Shown one piece after another: positions 26,214 through 39,100 of a stretch of 64,000 nucleotides of DNA. Numbering within the stretch: the stretch's first letter is position 1; every line of letters begins with the position of its first letter. A model generated the notes under the pieces. That model saw only the letters and a list, made by a program, of their open reading frames with translations, did not search any database and was not told where the DNA came from. This stretch comes from Azolla caroliniana (taxonomy: Eukaryota; Plantae; Polypodiophyta), in the NCBI GenBank assembly GCA_043228905.1, contig JBHGNT010000013.1, forward strand, positions 10,416,001 through 10,480,000, given 5' to 3'. Position numbers and translations under genes: made by a program.

Positions 26214-28493
26214 CCGTACATTACAAGAATATGCTAAACATGTCTGCTTTGTTTTACAAACATTGCGTGACAAATAGTTTTATGTGAAGATCTCAAAATG
26301 TGAGTTCTTCAAGAAATCAATTACTTATCTTTGACATTTCATAACCGAACGAGGAGTTGAAATTGATCCTTCTCGCATTGAGAAAATCAAGCTTTGGCCC
26401 ACTCTTCGAAATATTCGAGAAGTTCGATCATTCATTGGTTTTGTCGGGTTTGTGTGAAAATCCCTTCGTAATTATTCCCAATTGCCAACGTTGTTTACTG
26501 ATCTTCTAAAAGGTTAAACACGTAAGTCTACAAAACCTTTTGTGTGGAATGCTGCACTAGACCTCGCCTTTAAGGAACTCAAGGACCTGGGGTGCAAGGC
26601 TCCTTCACTTCTTTTACCTGATCCTTCAAAACCTTTTGAGGTTGAAACCGATGCAAGCGATTATGTTATAGGTGCTATCTTATATCAAGATGGTAAACCA
26701 ATAGCATTCGAGAGTAAGAAACTTGATTCTGCTCAATGTCGATATACCGTTCAAGAAAGGAATTATTTGCAGTTATACATGCGCTCAAAACATGATGCCA
26801 TTATCTTTATGGAAATCGCTTTGTGGTAACTACGAATCACGAGTCCTTAAAATATTTTTGTGACCAACAAGACCTGAAAGGTCGTAAGGCACAATGGGCT
26901 GATCTCATCCAGGACTTTGATTTTTCCATACGATATCGTAAAGGTTCCATGAACATTGTCACTGATGCACTAAGTCGCATCCGTGAAGTTAACATGCTTA
27001 GCTTCACTGAAATAACATCAAATCTTTATGATCACCTTCGATGAAAGTATCCTGATGACAGTTATTTTGCAAAATACTGGGCAAGAGTTGAGTCTAGAAC
27101 AGACACCACTACATCCTCGAAGGAATACTTCCACATTGCTAACAATCTGCTCTATCGTAATGGGAAGGTTTGTGCTCCAGATTTACCCAAGGTCAAAAAG
27201 AGGATTCTTTTTGAATGCCATGATGCACCCTCAGTAGGGCACCCTAGAATACATTGCACACTCATTCTCATCTCCACTAAATTCTATTGGCCTAAGATGC
27301 GTCCTGACATACATAGCTATGTGACTAAATGTCACCAATGTCACGTTAACAAAGCTGAGCGACTTAAAGCCGCAAGACTTTTACATCCCTTGGACATTCC
27401 CAATAATAAGTGGGAAAGTATATCCATGGATTTTATTGTTAGCCTTCCTCGCACCCAAAAAGGCCATGATGCCATCTAGGTTGTGGTTGATAGACTAACT
27501 AAAATGGCCAGATTTATTGCTACTAAAACCACGATAACAGCTCCTGAATTGGCTTACCAATTCGTTGACAAGTTATTTTGTTTTTATGGGTTACCAATGG
27601 ATATCGTGAGTGATCGAGATCCAAAGTTTACTAGTGACTTCTGGATGCAAGTCTTCAAGAAGTTAGAAACTACATTGAGCATGAGCTCCATGGATCGTCC
27701 TCAATCCGATGGATAGACAGAATGAGTAAATCAAATTATTGAGGACATGCTTCGAGCATACGTTGGCGCAAAACCAACAAAATGGGAACGTTATCTCCGA
27801 ATTTTGGAGTTTGCTTATAACAGCTCCAAGCATACGTCGACGGGATATAGTCCTTTTATGTTGATGTATGGTTTTCAGCCACGAGCCCCGATTGATGTTA
27901 ATATACATCATGATGAGTTGCGAAGTATGCAAAACTTTCTTCGGGATATGCAAGATATGTTGCATATTGCATGAGATAATATAAAAACGGCTCAAGATAG
28001 AGCGTGTTTTTATGCCGATCATCATAGGCAACCTCGTGTTTTCAACCCTGGACAGAAGGTATTTTTACATGTACCTCACAATTCTAAGACATTGTCTAAG
28101 GGTAAGTGCGCTAAGTTAGCCCCACGGTTTTGTGGACCTTTTACAGTCATCAAACACGTTGGGTCATCAGCCTACCGTCTCGTTCTTCCCGATGGTGTTG
28201 AAATTCATCCAGTTTTTCATGTGAGTCGTCTAAAAGAACTTCTAGGTTCTAGCGACAATACAATTACAACCGAAACTCTGGTTACTACTGAAGAATTGTC
28301 TTCTAAACCACATGTATCAGAAAGAATTGTCGATGTTAAAACAAAAAAATTGCGTACTAAAGAAATCCGAGTATTTAAAATAAAATGGATGGATAAATCA
28401 ATAAAAGATGCCACATGGGAACGCGAAAATACTCTCAGAACTAACTTCCCTAACTTTCCATTGCAAGAGTGTAATGTTTTAAAGAGGGGAGTA
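26214..28493 (+). pseudogene. Gypsy RT C-terminus, RNase H, integrase and chromodomain, disrupted
   Basis: FEVETDASDYVIGAIL (RH), KWESISMDFI and IVSDRDPKFTS (INT), PRFCGPF (GPY/F), ERIVDVKTKKLRTKEIRVFKIKWMDKSIKDATWE (chromodomain). Confidence 0.93.
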
Positions 28494-28948
28494 TGTTATA
28501 GGCATGACCATATAATATCCCGTGGTGAGAATTTACCGTAGTATTCTATACACGTGGATAAGTGTGAGGGTTAAACGAGAGTGTAAAGAAGGGGAGGATT
28601 ACTTTTAATCCTCGGGATTGAGGCAACCCATTAGGCCAAGTGTGAACTTGCCTGGGGGCCTTGGGTATCGCTATAAATAAGAGGCCTAGCTACCCTCATT
28701 GGATCATCTTTTGACTACATTGAGACTCTGTTCTTGTGGTGGGTCAACTCTTGTAGCGAGCGCGCCAACACCAGGTACGACTCGACACCATGACGGTGGT
28801 ATGGGACGCCGATCGAGGCTCGAGTCTGTCTCGATCCCTTCGCTCGGGGGTGGTCGGGTGGATCGACACACTTCTTTCTCTCTCTCCTTTCTATCTAGAT
28901 CTATCTTTTATCCTTATTTTATGCTTAAATTAGTTCATGTCTCTAATA
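28494..28948 (+). repeat. 3' LTR of chromovirus (TG...TA)
   Basis: Follows the PPT and is followed by TSD ATTGA. Confidence 0.93.
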
Positions 28949-29356
28949 ATTGAGTCATTGCATATCAAGTGATGTGTATGGTTGAGGTAGGAATTGAAGC
29001 AATCAGTGTCATGTTGGGATTTTTGTAAAAACAATGTCCATTTTCGTTTTTCTCAACCATTGTGTTGACAACATTGCATGGCCATTTACAATGCAATATT
29101 GGGATTTAAATAGTGGGGTTTACATCATTGTGATAATAAAAACAAGCCACAATTTCGTTACCAAGTAATTAATTCTTACATTGAAGGAAACATATACACA
29201 TCCATTTTTCTTTTACAACTCGAGGATTGAAAACGATAACATTGTCTTATAGCAAGTGTTTACATTGTAACTAGAAAAGGTAGTTTTCAATCTATGCCAC
29301 GTCAAGGTTTCATAAAGAAATAACAGAAATAGGGAATTTGTTTCAATCATGTTTGG

Positions 29357-29390
<34 letters not shown>

Positions 29391-29515
29391 GTAGGAGGAA
29401 GTCCAAGAGAAAAATCTGAGGTGAAGCAATGAACATGACAAGTGGGACATTTGTGTTTGTGAGTCACTTGGAATTGAGTTCACTTCATTGGTGGGTGGAA
29501 GACAAGACAACCCAA

Positions 29516-31146
29516 CACTCGTTTCTATTTGCAACCAAATCATAACGAGGCTTGGTGAGGAAATCGCGGTCACGGGCGGTGCAAGACACGTTTGAAATGG
29601 TGCGTGCGATATGCAACGTTAGACCATTATCCAAAAAAGCATGCACCCAATAACCAACCTGGCTTTGAACACCAACTTTATCATGTCTAACCTAGCTCTC
29701 ACAAGCCTCTATCACGCCTAACCCATGTACTTACACTTATACCTAAACCCTAAACCCTAAATTCTAAAGAGACAATTTTCTTAAAAACAAATCTAAGATT
29801 ACCCTAAAATATCAAAAATATTTATCACCAAAACCTTGGTCTAGAATTAAATGTAAAAAAATGTCATCAAATTTTGTCACCAATTGTGCCATCCACAAAT
29901 AAATTTGAAGGACCGAGCAACCATCTATGCAAGCAAGATAGGAACGTCAAAAAGATTGAATTATTAACAAGCTTTATCTGTCTCCACTTTAGGAATATAT
30001 AAATAATAGGGTGTGCACTATCTCTAGAATGGGAGTAATCTTGATAGAGAATATGCTTGTTGCAAAGGATAATCAACTAATATAATCTTGTGAATAACTT
30101 GTTACCCCATCTAATCCCTCCATTAAATAAGTTATGAGAAGGAAGGTTGACGAGGTTGGAAGAAACTCCATGTCTTGTTACTACATTTCTGTACTAGGGC
30201 TCAAGAAATTGTGACCCAACATTGGCTTCAAACAACATATATCCATATGACAAGGTTGGAATGTTATAGTTTAACATCTACCAAGTTGTTCAAAGTAACA
30301 CGGGAAGATAAGGTGGTTCATTTATGATTTGATATACAACATACCAAATCCAACACATCACAGATTTATCAACATCAATATTTACATTCCTTCTTCAATA
30401 ACATATTACCGTGACCTTATACAACTTCATATCATCATATACCAAACTCTTCAAACCATAAAATATACCGAACTCTTCAAACCACAAAATATAAATAAGT
30501 CCATGTACATTTGTCAACATACAACATACCTATTCCAACATTAGAACAAATTTACAAAATGACTCCTTCATCATGGGCAGTGTGGTTATTACAAGCTTAT
30601 CGATTACAATGGGTGAAATTACATGATGAAGATTACAAGCCTAAAATGGCAAAATAGTCAACTTTACAAACCTAAGAGCAAAAGTAATAGAATTTACACG
30701 CCCAATATTGCGTTGGCAAAATTGTAGATATTACAATGCCGAGTGGTAAAATAGTCAACTTTACAAGCCCAATATGGGATGACAAAAAACAGAATGAGGT
30801 TACACGTTGTGAAGGCCCAAAACACAGCGTGTCCTCTTAGAGATTGTAAGTAAGGCGTAGGAGGTTCACGTCATCATGACCGAACCAATCCTCAAATCCT
30901 TGTCAAATAAGATTTATAAGAACACACACTCGAGGATGACTATACAAAAACATAAATTATAAGACACTTACGAAGTCTACAGATTTGAGGCCTGTACGAA
31001 CATGCCACTGCGCAGGTTAGACGTGACATGGGCCGCTTTTTGTAGATAGAGATCAAAAGCGCCTTTCGAAAGCTCCGCTGTGTTGTCGGTGACAACGATT
31101 TCCTCACCAGACCACTTTATTATTTGGTAGCAAATAGAAACATTGG
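29516..31146. mobile_element. Non-autonomous TIR DNA transposon (hAT- or MULE-like), about 1.6 kb
   Basis: Imperfect inverted termini of about 55 bp: GTTTCTATTTGCAACCAAATCATAACGAGGCTTGGTGAGGAAATCG versus the reverse complement of about 31089-31141. Imperfect 8-bp flanks CAACCCAA/TCACCCAA. Confidence 0.7.
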
Positions 31147-31377
31147 TCACCCAAGTATATGTATGTGTATACATACATCATACATGCATGCATACATATA
31201 TGATATATACATATTGATAATACATAGATATACATATACATATATGCTTTAAAACTTTTTTAAGATGGATAAAAAGAAGACACCCCTACCCTCCCCAATA
31301 TACTGAACTCAAAACGAAACCCCTCTTCTCTCCGTCTCCGTCTAAGTCTTATTAGAGAAACAAGAACAAATTGCCAG

Positions 31378-31411
<34 letters not shown>

Positions 31412-31569
31412 AGTGGTAGATTTCACTGTATCCATGGATCCTACTTTTTCCCCTGAAGAAAGCCATTCACGTGTCCATGCAAGTTATATATGCATAGACA
31501 ATTGGCAAAGATGCACGTTACTAACGCTTCACGTTTACTTTGTGAAGTTTTTTTGAGCATTTGCATGAT

Positions 31570-32420
31570 TCAATAAACAATCTTCAATGTGGATGCATGC
31601 ATGAACTGCATGCGTGTTCTATTGAAATGGCGTTAATCAAGGTTTGCCTATTAAGGATTCGAAGAATATTTCAAACGTGAAAGATAAAAAAGATGTAGCT
31701 GATGGAAGTGAGCCACACATGCATACTCTATTCAAAGAATTGTTAATCAAGCTTTTTCTCTATAGTAAGGATTTGATCAGGATTCATACCAAATAAATAG
31801 CATTGAATTGGCTTCATGCATGTACGCATCTGAGATCTGTCAAAACCATTGTTGTCTTTATGTTAAGCGTTTTTATGCTTTGTAGGATATGTAGTATGTA
31901 AGATGATAACAAAGATACTTCAAATGGAATCATGCATGGATGTTCTATTTGAATCATTGTGGTTTCTACAGAAAGGACTAATCTTTCATACAATATGCAA
32001 TATGAAAGTTGATAATAAAGAACAATGAATCGGATCCATCATTCATATGCTATTGAACATATTCAATGTTTATCTCTATAGTAAGGATTTGCAGCATGTC
32101 CTGTATAAAAGGTTATAGTAAAGAACCTTGCAGTGGCTTCCCTTACATGAATGTTCTGTTGAAAGAGTCAAAGAATTGTCTCTAGAGTAGGAATATAAGC
32201 ATTGCACATTTTATAACATGTCCGTTATAGAGAGTTGTAATAAAGAACCTTGAGGGGGATTCGATGCATGGATGTTTAATTAATAGAATCAAATATTTGG
32301 TTCTAGAGTATGGTAAATTAGGATAGGATAGTAACCTTGAAGTGAATCTATGCATGTGTATATTCGATTGAAAGCATTCAAGGTTATAATGGTATTGGAA
32401 GAAGATTGGAAAACCTTTGT
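31570..32420. repeat. Highly degenerate tandem array (unit about 105-120 bp), probably in a USP 5'-UTR intron
   Basis: Recurrent ATGCATG..TGTTCTATTGAA, CTCTATAGTAAGGATTTG and TAAAGAAC(C/A)TTGA motifs at roughly regular spacing. Confidence 0.6.
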
Positions 32421-33161
32421 GTTAGTGGGGAGGGCACTGACTGGTGGTGGTAAGAGCTTACAATTTCGAACCTTTTGAGCAAAGACTATTAGCTGGGAAA
32501 ATATGTGAAACACGACACTCAGGAAAAATTCACAACCCTTGCGTCGACTTTTGATGACACTAGTTGCAAGCTTGATTTTCTAGTTTTTTGCAAGGTTATT
32601 GGATCCATCTACTGAATAGTAGTAAAGAATGCCTAGTCTTTAAGATCTGCATTCTTAATACTAAAAATAAGGTGTGCATGCAGTAAGCTCAAGTTACATT
32701 AATCTTCTCTAAATGATAAAATATTTAGTGACCAAATATGATGCAAATATATCAGTGGTTAACCTAGCAAAGATCATACAATAATAAAATTAATATGAAC
32801 TTGGCAATATGAATTTCATGAAGTTTTTATGAAGGTATTGGTAAAACTATTCACTTGGTTACCAACATGAAGTTTTCATTATGTACAAATGTTGCGTTGC
32901 GTCAGGGTAACACGTTTTAAATCATTTTTCAAATTCCACCGTAAGTTGCAAGTTTGGATTGGGCATGTGAACTATGTAAGCTTCTCAAAATATCATGTGT
33001 CTATTTTGATTTTTATAGTCCTTGGATAAACACTTAAATATCTACAATGTGTCTTCTTTTGACTCCCCACATTTCTCTAATAATTTCCTTTAAGCAGTAG
33101 ACATGCATTCTTGTTTATTTGTTGATGTTTGGAATAATGAGATCCCTTGTCTGAGAGCAGG

Positions 33162-36100
33162 ATGCCACAAGACACATTGCTTGGGGATAATACTAAGTTG
33201 CTCTCCACAAAGCAGGTGTGTTCCCTTAGATTTTTTAATTTCTGGGATTGATAGGTTGCAATGATTATGACATATAGTCTTATGGCCCTTGCTTAAGAAA
33301 TAACTAAAATAGCTTGGTCTAACTACATGGAAACAGAGGATACTTGCTGATATGCTATTCCGACAAGGACAAGAACATTTGTTCACAGAGTGGCCTGCCT
33401 TGGGTATAGATGATGACAAAAAAATCAACTTTTTTGCTCAGGTTTCTGAAAATTAGCTTACCATCTCTCAATAATGGGCTCAATTGATTCAAATTGATGA
33501 TTTTTGTCATTTCTATTTCTGTATTTTCTATGAAAAGTTTTCTAATATTCAAATGTTGCATTACATATGTTTCTTCGAAGATTCATAATGTCCTTATGAC
33601 TATAGTCTTATATGTATGTATATAGGCATGTGCAATTGATGTTGGTTAGTGATAGAATTAATGTTAATCTGTGGAACCTAAGTTTTTTTCTCTTTGTGCT
33701 CAATGTTCACATATGACTTAACTGTCTTAGAAAGGAACCCTGAATTTATTTCTAGAAAACTCATAGTTGGTTTCAGCTTCATCACAATTTATTATAAGTC
33801 CCTTGTCTCCTATTACTGGAAAGCACATATCCATTAATATAAGAAGTGATTTCACTTTTGGTTGTAAGCATTTTAATTGTCAATTCCATTAATATATGAA
33901 GTAAATCACTTTCGTTAATGAGGATTATAATGCTAGTTCTGTCTCGCACATGCCACATCATGACATCGGAACATCTCTGATGTGATGTATTGGGTGAATG
34001 GTGTGTAGTGATAATTTTCTAGAGATTAAATCACTGCACTCATAGCATGTAAAGTTTTTACGAGGCTCATTGGATGGACTGCATTTTGATTACTATTCTT
34101 GTAGCATCAGACTAATTTGATTGTTTTCTGGCTATATTACTATTGAAGCATTTTGGCACCATCATAATAGCAGCTGTTAGAAAGTGATGTACATCCCTTT
34201 ATTTTGCCAACCCAAACATGGCCTTGAGGTGGGGTGATTGTCATTGACTTTGTCAGATCTATAGTTTTGACCATCTTTGTTTGAGCTGCCTCTCTTGTTC
34301 CCTCGCCCCCACATGGAACTTCACACTGAAACCCAAGCTTCTCCTCATGAATGAAACCTCTCCACTTTCTACTTTTGAGCCTTCAGGTTTTGTTAGTAAC
34401 CCCAACTTTGGTTGTCAACACTTTACTTTGTAGCACACAGGTGACTGTCTTGTCACCGTGATCATACTACCTATGGAATCCTGAAATCTTCTCCATCTTG
34501 TACATGGAATTGGACAAATCTTAGTTGATGGGCTGACACTGCTTAACACACTGAATTATGACTATCTTGTAATTGTGATCATGCTACTTGAGGAATCCTG
34601 GAATCTTCTCCATCTCGTAGCTGTCATTGGACAGATCTCAATTGGTTGCATATGTTTATGGGTAGCTTTGTGAGATTGGTGACAACTAGCCTCAATCTTG
34701 AACCCTTGAAAACAAGTGGTTGGAGTGTGTCAAAATTTGCGGGAAAGGAATGAATGGCACAACCATTCCAATAGTTTGAAAGACAGTTTGGTTGGCTTGC
34801 GGCACTTGACAAGACCATATTTGAGTCACGGAAAGTCCTCTTCCTTAAGGAGGTGAATGCCAGAGACAGATGCAACCTATGTTTGTCAATGTACTATTTA
34901 AAAAAGAGAGAGAGGGAGATATAACTTCATTACATTGGTGTGGTCTGTGAGAGCACAACCAATTCGAGGCAAAACCTTTTTTTGACCCAGATATGAATCT
35001 GTCTGGGGGAAGCCAGTCCTATACGAAGTTGTGATAATTAGTTCGATGAATCAGAAGATAAATAGTTTCAATTGTTTGTTTTTTAAACTTCTATGAAGTA
35101 TGATATCTTCACTCCGCCTCAAAGGTATAGAAAAAATGCTTGTTAGGGATGAAAAACTCATAAATAATCTGTAGTGGAAAATGATCTGTTGAAAGAATCT
35201 GACAGTTTCAAGTTTTATGTGCTTATCTTGCAGAAGAAACTTTTTTGTTCAACATCTAGAGTGTTTCCCTTAAGCAAGTATTTTTGTATCTCTTTGGCAT
35301 GCATCCTAAAGACCATAATGCTTTAGAATCATAAATTTGGATGAAATAGCAGTTGGGTGGCTAGCATGTAGCAGAGAATCTACCCTACATCTACGTGGCA
35401 GGGGCATCTTGCTGGGAACAAAGTATTCCTGAAACGAATACATGAATCCAAAAGGTGAATTAGGTGTATTAGGTTTGAGTGATGAATCAATTGATGCTGC
35501 CAGAAATTTCGGTACTGCTGTACAGAAGGAGACTCCCAAAATGGCAGAAGATAACAAAACGTTTGCACATTTCCTTTAGTTTCAGGCTTGTTCCAATCCA
35601 CAATATGTCCCTTCAATCCCTCAATTTTCGTGCTTTTGGAAAATAGAGTTGTAAAACATCCTGAAACTCTTTTTCATAATTCCCAAAAACAAGCAAGCCT
35701 TTTTTGCTCCTCATAAGTTCTGATCCATACGAAAGGTATAAAAGGAATTGGAGGCTTTCACACAATTTGCTTCTGACCTTGTGGTTCAGGATGTTTGATG
35801 CATGAGATAGACTCTGAATCAGCTGATTTTTGTAACCATTGCAGCTGACTTTGTTCTTCTGCCTTCCCCCCCCCCCCCAGTTCAAGCCTAGATTGTTTTG
35901 GCCTTATCATACTGTAAACTTTGAATAAAGTATTGGTTAGGAAAAATGATCTTAACATATCAAGTAATAAAGTACTGTATGCACAATTGAGTATTGAAGA
36001 GTATACATTGCTTGTGTTTGGTATTTTTCTTGTGTTCAGATTATTCTGTTTATGAATTGTGGTAAACAGGTTGAAAAGCTTGATCTAAATTACCCTGGAG

Positions 36101-39100
36101 GACTAGAGACATATATCCAGAATGCTCGAACATTGCTTCTTGCATCCAAATCAGGGAAAAATCCATTTGAAGGCTACACACCTTCAGTATGTTATTCTAC
36201 ATTGCGCTCTTCTAGGAACACCGAAAAATAGAATAATTTCTCCTTTCAGATAATTTTTCGTTATCCAATGATTCAATTATTTAAATATTCTTTTACAACT
36301 TGAGAATGACAAATACAAAAAATGCTTCACAAAACAAAAACTGGTTCCCTTACATCATTAGAAAATCCCATATGGATATGTGAATGAAAGAGATTCTCCC
36401 AAGATTTATGATCGTTTCCTCTGTAGTTTCCTCTCGTTTGTTGGAACTTTATCTTAGCAAGGTTCCGATTATGTAATATAGGCATACATTTGTAACACTG
36501 TGTCTTAGCTGAAACATGCTTATTTATTCATTTCTAGAGAAGTGACATCCTCTCTATGTTTAAGGAGTTTGCATAATCAGAAGGACTTAGCTGTAAAAAT
36601 ATATCAAAGCAATCAATGATTAAGTCTTAACCAACTTTGAATCCACAAGTAATTGTATCGTCGAAAGTAGATTGAGTCTTTTTGACATATTAAAATTTTC
36701 ATTGCAGTTTTAATGTAGTTCAAACTTGCGTCAATTAGAACTTCCTCATCATAGAGAAGGAGATGGACAATACCATAGGTCTGTTGTAGGTCATAAGAAT
36801 TAATCACTAAATTAGAAAGGCATATGTGGTTGATTGAAGCGTAAAAAAAGTCGCAAAGAACCGGGGAAACTGCGAAGGGCAAGGAATCAATACACACATT
36901 TAAATTCTGTGAATCTAGTGACAACTATATTCATAAACATAAACAACGATACAGAAAACCGTTTCTCCATATTATCACCACAGATCACATTATTTTTCAT
37001 TTTACGGAAGTATTAAGACCAGAAGCAATTATGACAAACTTAGGATTGATTTCTGCACAGAAGACTTAAATCATAGAAAGGGCATATGTGATTATCTCTT
37101 CATTAGAACTATCTTCTACGACTTAACTTCATCAAATCTAGCTAAGCAAGCCCGATACTGCATTTCCTTTTTTTCCTTCCAGGTACCAAATGGGGAAAGG
37201 TTGATATTTGGCACCAAAGAATTTGATATATTTGAACAAAGAGGCGTACAAGAGGCATGCAGGTCGGCTTTTGTCTTAGTAGCTGGAGGGCTTGGTGAAC
37301 GCCTCGGCTACAGTGGTATCAAAGTAACTAATTAATCTTCGTCTATGAAGAAAAACATCCTTTATGCTGCAGATGCATGCCTAATGGATGGGTGCATGAA
37401 CTTATTTCTACCTATCCTTTGTTCATGACAGATGAATGTGTGCCAATTTCCTTCACACTGCTCTTATAACTTGTCTTGTAGTTAATGGAATTTGAAGACA
37501 TCGTTTTTAATTTATTGCATTTAGGAACAATAATCCCACTGTATGACTTAGTCTGATTGTTGAGGGTTAATGTTTGTAAATTTATTCGTGATAGAATCAG
37601 GAGCTGCTCTTGAAACAGTAATTATGAATAGAAGTAGGGATTCCTAATAGAGAGGGATTAGTAAAGAGCATAGTCAAATTGTCTCAACTTGTCTTAAATC
37701 CAGAATTATCCTAAGAAAATTAAGCAAGGGGTTTTAAGTTTTGTGACGACCTTGATATAAAATCCATTACAGCACTGCTGCATGACATTTTCATGAGGTT
37801 TCATACAATTTCTTGTTGATATAGTGAGGCTTCTTAATATGATATTACATTGTGCAAATAATGCGTAAAAATCTCGATTGCACTTATTGTTAAAATCAAG
37901 ACTTTTTCACTGGACTTTTCATGTAGATTGCATTTTAAAATTGCAAATTGCAGATCGCATTACCATCCGAAACTACAACGGGGACATGTTTTCTACAGCT
38001 ATATATTAAAAGCATCCTGGCTCTTCAAGAAGCAAGTATCATTATTAATGAAGGTTGAATTGTTCCCTCTTCCTTTCCAATCCCTGTAAGTTAATTTTTA
38101 TGTGGATGAAAAGGCCTAGTGCATGATTTCAGAAAGATTGAAAGAAAAAGGATGTATTAATGTATTTCAATTGACCGAAATCTAACAGTATTATGTGCAG
38201 GTATATTGCTAAGTAAAATATTGTGTAACAGAAATGTGTATAAAAATAATTAGCGTCCAGGCTTATGTATCTCAATACAATTGGCAATGAAACATAGCTA
38301 TCTTTTAAAAGGGAGAGACTTTGGAACACTAGATTGTAAAAAATGGCCCATGATATTGAATGAACACATGTTGAACATGAAATTCTAGCATTTACAAAGA
38401 AATGTCAACTGGGATTTGAAGGCAGTGACTGTTTACCCTAAATCCAAGATTATGGTGAGTCTGTGTATGGATGATGCAAACCCAACAGAAACAAATAAGC
38501 CATAAATGCGTTAAGGAAAATTTCTGCTTAGCAAGACAGAAAGAAAGAAGAAAGATATATTAACGTTTTTTAAGAGGCCAAAATGGCCAATAAGACCAAA
38601 CAAGAGATTACATCTTAAGTGTTGTCTCGTCTTTGAGGACAACAAACCAACAAATCAAAATAAAATAAATATCACTCTGTAAATATAAAAGTAAATAAGA
38701 TAAAAAGAGACGAGGGAAACTGATTTTTGGCACATCTGAGATTCTAACGTTAGATGTATTGTAACTTTTGTCTTCGAAAGATGTCTAGCATAGGTCGATC
38801 CAAAAGGGAAAGCTCTCTGAAGTGAGGGAAGTACCTGCGATGGCGGGAGATAATGGCTTTTATTTGTTGATGACAAGGGTGTTGAGGTCGTGGTCCATGG
38901 GGCCGGGGCCTACATGCACGACAAATTGCAATTTGCTATTGCCCGATCAATTGTAATCCCTTTGTTATGTCCTGGTTGGGAGCCCATTTGTGTATCCCGT
39001 GATTGACTTGTAGCATTAGTAGGAGTAATGGGGCTAAAGAAAGTTGTGATTGTTCTTTGTGGATGAGCTTGTGTGGATGTATTCTTCAACAACTTTTCCC

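Larger units (their letters stand above)
16451..28948 (+). mobile_element. Full-length degenerate Ty3/gypsy chromovirus with a nested LTR element
   Basis: LTRs at 16451-16893 and 28494-28948. 5-bp TSD ATTGA on both sides. PBS TGGTTTCAGAGC (tRNA-iMet variant) and PPT AAAGAGGGGAG. Domain order gag, PR (FDSGSSHNF), RT, RH, INT, chromodomain. Confidence 0.96.

Noticed and set aside
30977-31174. Minus-strand ORF as a possible exon
   Set aside because: It overlaps the right TIR of the DNA transposon and no partner exons were found.
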